Assembly: GCF_022539665.2 (NCBI RefSeq)
Contig: NC_081332.1
Span: 5,270,001-5,334,000, forward strand
Reading direction: 5' to 3'
Source of the DNA: Daphnia carinata
Lineage: Eukaryota
DNA: 64,000 bases
The position numbers and the translations under genes are program-made. The notes beneath the pieces are model-generated. The model had not been told where the DNA came from. It saw only the letters and a program-made list of their open reading frames with translations, and did no database searches. Shown here one piece after another: positions 53,061 through 62,747 of the stretch; within the stretch, counting starts at the first letter, position 1; each line of letters begins with the position of its first letter.

Positions 53061-55049
53061 ATGGCTCCGATCACGGCTTCAGCCCCCAAAATGACGGGCG
53101 GATCGATCGAATTGCGGGAACCGTCACTTCCCGTGAAACTTCTTACAGCTGGTACAGCCGCCTGCGTCGCGGATCTCATTACATTTCCACTCGACACGGC
53201 AAAAGTTCGGTTGCAGGTAAAAATAAACACATGTTGAACTAAGGCTTGACTTTTGCGCAGTAAGATTTTTCCAATGACTTTATTGGCACTGATATAGATC
53301 CCTTGAATACTTTATTGCATATCAAATATTTTGTTTTGTTTTTCTTGAGGGGTACAATGACTCCCGTTGTTTGTTCCCTATGTAAAAGCAACTGGCTCCG
53401 AAACTTTGTAGCTTTTTTTGGTCCACTCTTCATTCGGACCCAAACATAGTTTCTATTTCTCGGGTTTTAGTTAATGATATGATCTCTTGAGATGTATTGC
53501 CCTGTCACTGGCTTAGATACTCAAGGCCTTTAAACGTTGTAGGGGTATTTTTCCTTATAAAAAAAAGGCACTTCTCGCGGATGGCCTTCCGCGCGACACC
53601 CACCGTGGTGGCACTGGTTTAAACCGGACTGGCCTCCCCTTTCTATGAATGCTTTCTCTTGTCCTGTTTCGAAAAAAAAAAAAAAAACTAGGTTCAACAC
53701 TCGATTCGTATTAGGGTATCGAACTCGCTTAGTCCGGCGGGCATAAGATTTAAGTTTTTAACTCTCTTGATATGGAAAGACAAAATACTTTCACGACCTA
53801 CTTACTGTCTAATTTATCATTGACCCTAATGAGACTCTGTATGTGCCATATACTTATCTTAATACTTGTGTTATCAATTTCTTATTATTATTACATTTTT
53901 TTTTTTTTATAGATTCAAGGAGAGGCTGGTGCGGCACCCGTACGTTACTACATTACCACAGCGGCCTCAACTTTGGGTGCTGGAGGACATGGCGCTGCGG
54001 CTGTGATGGTTGAACATTCAGCGGCTTCATCTCAATACAAAGGCATGATTGGGACAGTTTCAACCATTGCTCGCCAAGAAGGGCCAAAGTAATTAGAGGG
54101 TGACGGTTAACCTCCTAAAATGACAAGGCACTAACAAAATTGTTTACCCTTATAATTATTAAGGGCTCTATACAATGGACTGGTTGCCGGACTTCAACGT
54201 CAAATGTGTTTCGCGTCCATCCGAATTGGGCTGTACGACTCAATCAAATTGCTGTACCAACAAACCCTTAACGGTATTAGCCCTTTATTTTTATATTATC
54301 CTATGCAAGGATGTGGCTAAAATTAATCTGCATGTTTCATAACAGGAAGACGAAACTCAGCCAACAAAAACACGAACGCTAGCATATCTGTGCGAATATG
54401 CGCAGGAATTACCACAGGAGGTTTGGCTGTGCTCTTTGCTCAACCGACCGATGTTGTTAAAGTACGAATGCAAGCAGAGGCTCGTTCGGCCACTGGAATT
54501 AAACGTTATTCGAGCACCATGAACGCTTATTCCACTATTGCTCGCAAAGAAGGAGTTGCTGGCTTATGGAAAGGTATGATTATTTCGACAAAATTATACA
54601 CCGACGTGCGTCTTGACATCAAAAACCTATCAAAACGTTTTGCAGGAACATTGCCCAATGTTAGCCGTAATGCGATCGTCAATGTAGCCGAGATTGTCTG
54701 TTACGACCTCTTCAAAGAGTACATCCTAAATTCCGGTTTGCTGAAGGATGGCGTTCCATGTCATTTTACCGCCGCCGTTGCTGCAGGTTTCTGTACGACG
54801 GTGGTCGCATCACCGGTCGATGTCGTCAAAACACGTTTCATGAACGCCCCGGTAGGCCAATACCGAGGTGCTATCGATTGTGCCGTCCGCATGATGATGA
54901 AAGAGGGCCCTGGTGCCTTCTATAAAGGCTTTATGCCTTCATTCTCTCGTCTGGTGTCCTGGAACATTTGTATGTGGATCACATACGAACAATTCAAAAG
55001 AATGGTCTTGGTGGCTTACAACCAACCGACAATGCTCAATAGACATTGA
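53061..55049 (+). CDS. UCP2: Mitochondrial uncoupling protein, UCP2/3-like (SLC25)
   Basis: [102 protein letters not shown]: three carrier repeats with UCP signatures. Confidence 0.93.
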
Positions 55050-55631
55050 TGTCAAAGGAATTATGCACAAATCAGATAACTTTTGTGAAAAGTTCTTTTT
55101 TTGGGTTTTCTATTACTACAGTTAAACGACGCGAAAATTTATTTGTCGTATTCATTTAATCAGGTAATCGGGTCCGCTTTTACATTTGTTTGATGGCTTG
55201 CAGTAATATTCTTTACTTATGTTATATATCGTGCGCATCGAATACACTATTGTTTTTTTAAAATACAGTCCCTTGTTTTGTCTTCAGTATTTTGAATAAT
55301 CAAAGACGTTTGATGTGTCACGCTAGCGCTGTAGCGTACTGGCGCGTACACACACTAATTTTAAGTTTTAGATAACTCAAAAACTATCAAATCTACGTAA
55401 AAACAAATTCCTTTTTAGTGTTCCTTGTTAAATTTTAAACAAGAACCATATATAGTTATCTAGATCTAATCATATTATTTTTTAATAGGAAAAAATTTAA
55501 GCCCGACAAAATAGGCCCCACGAAAAAAGCCCGACTTTCTGTTTTTTACGGTTTATTCAAAAAGTATATGCCTAACATAAAAATAAACCAGATTTTCGTG
55601 ATCAGTGATTGGAATAATTTTTGTATTTTTA

Positions 55632-57495
55632 ATCGTCCATTTTGTAGTAAAAAGTAAAAGTAAAAAAAAATATCAGCCTTTTTTTCCGTTTCACTGCTGT
55701 CGCCATCTACCGGTCGATAGCAGTAAAACAAAAAGAAAGGTCGATATTTTTTGGGGGGTGGGGGGGGGGGGGTAAAACGGATTGCCATAGATTGCATCAA
55801 ACTTACCCATTCGGCAACCCAAGTGTGCACATGTTTTTCTTCGATAATTATTTTATTTTGCTAGTATGTTTGGTAAACTGCAATCGTGCCCAATTTTTGC
55901 CTTTGCATTTTAGGTCAACTATTAGGTGATCTATACCTGATCCTGTGTTTTAAAGTGATCTGCTTTCACAGCTACATTTCTGTGTTCTTTTCCGTTGGTC
56001 TATGGTTCTGAATTGAGGCAAGTATATCTATTATGCTATCTCACTAAGTACTATAGGGAAAAGAATAACTGAAGTTGATTGAGATCTATTCTGATTCTCC
56101 TGATATCCATCTCAACAGGTTTTTATTTGCTTTTCAACATCCATTTCATAGTGGTACATGTGGCTTTGATTAATATTACCATAAAGACTGCCAAAAATGG
56201 GTGTGGTACGGAAACCCAGAAATGGCATGAGTTCAACATCAAACATGGATTAGGTACTTTTCGGGTTTTTTTCTATCGAAAAAGTATTTTTAATGCTATT
56301 ATTTTGCATTCACAGAATTTTAGCGGGGGATCAAGTCAAGTCTGGAAGTGTTACAGGATGGAAGAGTGAGCCTACAGTTGAAAAAACACAGAGTACATTA
56401 CCATTAAGGTATGAGGTAAAATAATAGAGTATGCACATTGTCTAATGAGAAGTACCATCTTGTGTAAATGAATCTTGTATAACAGCAATCCTTCATAGTT
56501 CTGTCACAGCTAGAAGCCTCAAATAATTCTGCTTCTCTTGCTAAAGAACAGCTTGTCCTTTACGTTCAGAGTGTTTGTGAAGCTGGGTACTTAAATGGCC
56601 CTAATGATGTTTCACTTTGCTGGCATTGCAGCGGTGAACATCATACATGGACTCTTTAGGTATGAACGGAATTTTCTTGAAAAAATTTTGAATTTATGAC
56701 GAAGCATTTCTCCTCCTTTTTGCCAACCATGTCTAATCTACAAAAAAAAATTTATCCAATAGGAAAGGATTTTCAGCATACTGGGAACACAACTATCGAC
56801 AATGCAACATTCTACAGGTGCTATTTTATCATTTAAGAGCCTTATACAATGATTTTCTTCTGCAATTTGTATGGCCTTTCCCAAGCTTCTGCCAGAAGTT
56901 GAATCTATGAGTCATGTAAGTCACATAGCAACAATTGAGATGCTTAATGGTGTTGTTTTTCTTTTCTCAATATAGGTTAATAGTAACATTGGATCTGAAA
57001 AGATTCTTGGTTGGGGCAAGACACTGAATAAATTGTAATGATAGGATGGATGACATGACATTTCTATGCTTCATTCGGATTCCCGAGATGGTATTTTATA
57101 TTTAAAAAATTGAAGTGCATATCTGGGCTCCCTTCCTTTCCGTAGCCCCGTTTCCCCTTGACTCGTGATAAGCCCGTAGGGGGTCATGCCCCTACTGTAC
57201 GGTATATATAAAAATAACATATACCGAGGTTTGGAAGGCTCTGGCCGGAAAGGGGACGTGGGGGTCCGCTTAGTCCGATGATGTGTTCACGGAGGGCGAC
57301 GTGGCTACTCACAAATCCGAACTAAAGGTTAATCGCTCCAGTAAAAATGTTCCAAATCTTCGGCTCTTCTTCCGGCTTCTCTTAGCCAATCACCGGGTAA
57401 TCTCCCCGGTGGGTCAACAAGGCAGTGTCTCCCCCTGCCTGGGTTGACGGCAACTTTTGAAAGGGCTATTGTGCCTTTTTAAAGTTGCAAAAATA
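55632..57495 (+). repeat. Left arm of a ~1.87 kb inverted duplication
   Basis: Reverse complement of 60881-62747. The identical 96-aa ORF appears at 56079 (+) and 62297 (-). Confidence 0.97.
57125..57458 (+). other. Unidentified GC-rich, highly base-paired module (candidate structured ncRNA or TE terminal structure), copy 1
   Basis: At least five hairpins plus two crossed long-range stems, ending in TTTT. Strand is tentative. Confidence 0.4.
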
Positions 57496-59391
57496 ATTCA
57501 AGTATGTGAAGGTAGTATTGTGTATGATAGATTTGAATAGCTTTCCCAAATTGTAGCTAAAAAATTTCTTAAGTTCGCTACATATGCAGTTTTCCGTTAC
57601 AATCAAAGATGAATTTGGCTTTTTCGATCGATTTGAAAATGTCTTATCTTATCACGGAGACCAACGTAAATCACAGAAACGTTCAATTGATTCGCTCTAT
57701 TTGTCTTCCGCTTTTCTGAACGTTGTCACTTTCATTGAAACCCGTAATATTTTGCATTGTCTCCCACATCTTAACATTCACTTTTTTGGCTAATTTAGCG
57801 CCTTTTAATTTTCCTTTGCCCGCAATCGTTTGATTGTGTTAACCCATTTAAGAGATTTCTATGTCGACCGTTGTTTTCAAAATTTCTTCGTGAAATTGTT
57901 ATTGACACTAACAGCAAACAGGCATACACATTAGCGTACTTATTATGTGCGCGGATGCTGTTGTGGATGCTTTTGAATCATATTATACGGCTGCCAATTG
58001 ATTATCTGGTGTTATGTGTTTTTTTTACTTAATTTTCCCATTTTGTATTCATTTTCAAATCGAAAGAGAACAATGTGGTGAGTTTGTGCGGCTCTTTATA
58101 TGCAAAAACAGCAGGTAAGAAATGGTAATACTAATTTTAGAGAAAAAATGTAGAATCGCTATCCTCGTCTAAAAAGCCGCAGCCTACAAGTACTAGTCAC
58201 ACTTGTTGGGGGTGGGGGGACGTGAATTTTCGCTTTAGAAACAGAATGGACGTGTTCACAGCAGTATTTTTCACGCATTAAAAAATAAGTGAATTCTTAA
58301 GAAAATTCGCGTCTTGATTCTAAATTAAAAAACAAGATGGCGCTGTTTGTGCTATTAATTTGTTCAGTTAGAACGCATGATAAGTGAAATCCGGCCGAAT
58401 GTTTGTTAACTGTGTTAACATACAACAGAAGATTCGAAAATCGTTTTGCTACCGACGATGAAGTGTTTTGATTGTTGTGTTTGGAAGTCAACCAGATCAA
58501 ATAGATTTCTTCTTTAACGAGATCAGCTATGCCAGCTGTCAAACACAAAGCCTGGCAGCATATTCTGGCTTTTGCGTTCAATCATGTGATAAGATTACTC
58601 ATTTAAAGGTATAAGGCTTACATTTTGATACTAGAATCCAATTAGTATGATTCTACTTTCAAGGAATAGCTCATGAAACTTTATTTACAAAGTACAGAGG
58701 TTGTGACAGTGGCAAAAGTGTTATCATTTGAATATCTTCGTCTGATTTTGCAGCACTTTATCCATTCATCAACTATCAGTTCGGATCTGGCAAAGGTGGT
58801 TTATACCTCTGTGTCGTGTGGCCAACAAAAATTACCACCGTTTCAGCAGTCTTCCTGCCATTCCTACCTAACCAACCAACACACATAGACATAGACCCCA
58901 AAACCATTTTCTTGTGGTATTTTAAGTTTCTTTCTTAGTCTAATATGACTTTTCTTTATATTTAATATCCTTTTATAGGACTGCCAAGTCTTTACTTTCT
59001 TCATCGTAATTCCTGGCCCCACTATCTTTTTAGTCTTCGAGTAACAGCTGTAGGTCAAATAGCCATCTCTGTTATAGTTTCACCAACAATGTTTTATTTC
59101 CAAAAATTAATAGTTGGTTTTACTTCTATCGTTTAGAGCTAGGGCATTTTCCTTTTCTATCCCATGTAAAAAGACCTTCAAGATTTCGATCTCTGTGTAT
59201 TAACTCTCTCAAGCCATCTAAAAGTAAGTTTCCATTTGCCCGTTCAAGTGTAATATTGTAATATCGTTGTTTGTTATTTAGGTAACGCCATGACAGCAAA
59301 ATGAAAAAAAGTGATGGAATGCCGAATAGTAAATAAGCAGCGGCCTGTAGGAGATCATCGTGGAACATCGTGCAAAATGTTGTTACATGGT

Positions 59392-59648
59392 CCGTCTTCG
59401 CCTCGCCCGTCGACCCGTCTTCGCCTCGCCCGTCGACCCGTCTTCGCCTCGCCCGTCGACCCGTCTTCGCCTCGCCCGTCGACCCGTCTTCGCCTCGCCC
59501 GTCGACCCGTCTTCGCCTCGCCCGTCGACCCGTCTTCGCCTCGCCCATCGCCCCGTCTTCGCCTTGCCCGTCGCTCCGTCATCGCCTCGTGGTCGCGCCG
59601 TCTTCGCCTCTCCCATCGCCCCTTCGTCACCTCGTGGTCGCCTCATCG
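59392..59648. repeat. 23-bp GC-rich minisatellite (CCGTCTTCGCCTCGCCCGTCGAC), ~11 copies
   Basis: Six perfect units followed by progressively degenerate ones; this explains the overlapping repetitive ORFs on both strands. Confidence 0.97.
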
Positions 59649-59696
59649 TGATATTGTTTTGTTTTGTTTCGTATTATGTAATGCTAATCTAATTAA

Positions 59697-60008
59697 CTCG
59701 TTGGCTGCCACCCACCCACCTTGATCCCCTTTTTTTTGTAGCTTGACAGGGACGGGCCGCGCTGTTCTGCTCCATGGTCTATCTGCCATGGGGTGGAGCA
59801 GCGCCACTGCCCAAGATTGGCCGAACGGCCCTTTAGGCAATGCACCGCAGGGAATTCCCTTGAACGAGACGGCGATGTAGACCTGGGGTGTGCATTCCCG
59901 TAAAGGTCTCATCGTCGTTTCAGCCCGGCCTACCCGGCCCCCTTGGTCGCTATCCCTTCGATAGCGACAGTAGCGACTGTAGAATATGGTGGCGTGGCAG
60001 CCAACGAG
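59697..60008. mobile_element. Non-autonomous MITE, piggyBac-like
   Basis: Terminal inverted repeats CTCGTTGGCTGCCAC / GTGGCAGCCAACGAG (extendable by CCACC with one indel), flanked by TTAA on the left and TTAG on the right; no transposase. Confidence 0.7.
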
Positions 60009-60150
60009 TTAGTTGTATGTATCTGTGTATGTATTGTATTTTGTATATTGTATTAAAATGTATGTAAAGTGGTGGATATGTGGGTGGAAGGAGGGACAAT
60101 AAAAACTTTTACACTATTTACTTTTGTATTTATTATTTAACTACACATTA

Positions 60151-60220
60151 ACTGACATGGGGATCGAACCCCAGTATTCCAGCATGACAACCACGTGCTT
60201 TACCATTATTCCAACCATGA
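60151..60220 (-). pseudogene. Degenerate tRNA-like module 1
   Basis: TGGAATAATGGTAAAGC is A-box-like and GGGGTTCGATCCCC is a T-arm/B box; the other stems are poor. Confidence 0.5.
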
Positions 60221-60340
60221 ACTTATAAGCCACTAACGAATATTTCTTGTTACCTACGGACTTACATTTACACTTAGAATAAAATTGAAATGCAATACTG
60301 CAATATTCTTTTCCACAATAATTCTGCTTCAAATTATATA

Positions 60341-60409
60341 CATCTGTTGAGGTTTGAACCCAGGGTAACTGGTCTCGCAGCTTAAGGCTCTACCACAGAG
60401 CTATAGACC
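60341..60409 (-). pseudogene. Degenerate tRNA-like module 2
   Basis: TAGCTCTGTGGTAGAGC D-arm and TGGGTTCAAACCTCA T-arm; the anticodon arm does not pair. Confidence 0.55.
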
Positions 60410-60510
60410 TTATGAAAACTGGAGAAAGATAAGCATATATTTGTGCAAGACTGCACAAACAGCCTAGACGAGAACACAGTATATGGGATAATAAGAAAGT
60501 TTACACAAAT

Positions 60511-60576
60511 CTCGTGGCTCGATGTTAGAGCATCGGCGTTGCACACTAAAGGTCTGGAGATCGGTTCCCATACGAG
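60511..60576 (+). pseudogene. Degenerate tRNA-like module 3
   Basis: TGGCTCGATGTTAGAGC D-arm, a decayed T-arm, and closing CTCGT...ACGAG ends. Confidence 0.4.
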
Positions 60577-60880
60577 TAAAACAAATTACAAATACAAAAT
60601 TACTTCAGAAAATATCCAGGCATTATACTATGTTCCTTGAATTTAAGTTGAAGAATTCATAGAGTGTAATAAATAATAATTGAATACTTACAGATAAACG
60701 ATAAACCAATGCTTACCATCAAAGGTGGCAAAAACAATAAAGATGATTTGAGCAAGCTAAATAAAAAAAAAGTTGATAAATGTAATGTGTGAACACGGCG
60801 AACACACACAATGAAAGTAACAAATTTTACAAAAAATTTTATAAAAAAAATTTTATTGACAATTCTCTGCACATTAGAAA

Positions 60881-62747
60881 TATTTTTGCAACTTTAAAAA
60901 GGCACAATAGCCCTTTCAAAAGTTGCCGTCAACCCAGGCAGGGGGAGACGCTGCCTTGTTGACCCACCGGGGAGATTACCCGGTGATTGGCTAAGAGAAG
61001 CCGGAAGAAGAGCTGAAGATTTGGAACATTTTTACAGGAGCGATTAACCTTTAGTTCGGATTTGTGGGTAGCCACATCGCCCTCCGTGAACACATCATCG
61101 GACTAAGCGGCACCCCACGTCCCCTTTCCGGCCAGAGCCCTCCAAACCTCGGTATATGTTGTTTTTATATATACCGTACAGTAGGGGCATGACCCCCTAC
61201 GGGCTTATTACGAGTCAAGGGGAAACGGGGCTTCAGAAAAGAAGGGAGCCCAGATATGCACTTCAATTTTTTTAATATCAAATACCGTCTGGGGAATCCG
61301 AATTAAGTATAGAAATGTCATGTCATCCATCCAATCAATACAATTTATTCAGTGTCTTGCCCCAACCAAGAATTTTTTCAGATCCAATGTTACTATTAAC
61401 CTATATTGAGAAAAGAAAAACAACACCATTAAGCATCTCAATTGTTGCTATGTGACTTATATGACTCATAGATTCAACTTCTGGCAGAAGCTTGGGAAAG
61501 GCCATACAAATTGCAGAAGAAAATCATTGTATAAGGCTCTTAAATGATAAAATAGCACCTGTAGAATGTTGCATTGTCGATAGTTGTGTTCCCAGTATGC
61601 TGAAAATCCTTTCCTATTGGATAAATTTTTTTTTGTAGATTAGACATGGTTGGCAAAAAGGAGGAGAAATGCTTCGTCATAAATTCAAAATTTTTTCAAG
61701 AAAATTCCGTTCATACCTAAAGAGTCCATGTATGATGTTCACCGCTGCAATGCCAGCAAAGTGAAACATCATTAGGGCCATTTAAGTACCCAGCTTCACA
61801 AACACTCTGAACGTAAAGGACAAGCTGTTCTTTAGCAAGAGAAGCAGAATTATTTGAGGCTTCTAGCTGTGACAGAACTATGAAGGATTGCTGTTATACA
61901 AGATTCATTTACACAAGATGGTACTTCTCATTAGACAATGTGCATACTCTATTATTTTACCTCATACCTTAATGGTAATGTACTCTGTGTTTTTTCAACT
62001 GTAGGCTCACTCTTCCATCCTGTAACACTTCCAGACTTGACTTGATCCCCCGCTAAAATTCTGTGAATGCAAAATAATAGCATTAAAAATACTTTTTCGA
62101 TAGAAAAAAACCCGAAAAGTACCTAATCCATGTTTGATGTTGAACTCATGCCATTTCTGGGTTTCCGTACCACACCCATTTTTGGCAGTCTTTATGGTAA
62201 TATTAATCAAAGCCACATGTACCACTATGAAATGGATGTTGAAAAGCAAATAAAAACCTGTTGAGATGGATATCAGGAGAATCAGAATAGATCTCAATCA
62301 ACTTCAGTTATTCTTTTCCCTATAGTACTTAGTGAAATAGCATAATAGATATACTTGCCTCAATTCAGAACCATAGACCAACGGAAAAGAACACAGAAAT
62401 GTAGCTGTGAAAGCAGATCACTTTAAAACACAGGATCAGGTATAGATCAACTAAGAGTAGACCTAAAATGCAAAGGCAAAAATATTGGGCACGATTGCAG
62501 TTTACCAAGCATGTAGCAAAATAAAATAATTATCAAAGAAAAACATATGCACACTTGGGTTGCCGAATGGGTAAGTTTGATGCAATCTATGGCAATCGGT
62601 TTTACCCCCCCCCCCCCCTCCACCCCCAAAAAAATATCGACCTTTCTTTGTTTTACTGCTATCGACCGGTAGATGGCGACAGCAGTGAAACGGAAAAAAA
62701 GGCTGATAATTTTTTTTACTTTTACTTTTTACTACAAAATGGACGAT
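60881..62747 (-). repeat. Right arm of the ~1.87 kb inverted duplication
   Basis: Reverse complement of 55632-57495 with scattered substitutions and small indels. Confidence 0.97.
60918..61251 (-). other. Unidentified structured module, copy 2
   Basis: Diverged inverted copy of 57125-57458. Confidence 0.4.

Noticed and set aside
56079..56369. 96-aa ORF duplicated at 62007-62297
   Set aside because: It has a non-ATG start, runs across apparent introns and has no recognisable domain; its identity simply reflects the inverted duplication.
57261..57300. Hammerhead, group I or RNase MRP motifs (CCGATGA, TAGTCC, ACGGGGCT)
   Set aside because: The partner motifs (CUGANGA with GAAA, the P7 R element, GAAAGUCCCC) are missing.
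59392..59648. CRISPR-like array
   Set aside because: The units are contiguous with no unique spacers, there are no cas genes, and the context is eukaryotic.
59126..59724. Six overlapping Arg/Pro-rich ORFs
   Set aside because: They are by-products of the stop-free 23-bp minisatellite.
61040..61056. TAACCT as a telomerase RNA template for TTAGG within the structured module
   Set aside because: Only 6 nt match; it lies inside rather than 5' of the crossed stems, and that strand has internal T5 runs. It cannot be supported without covariance analysis.
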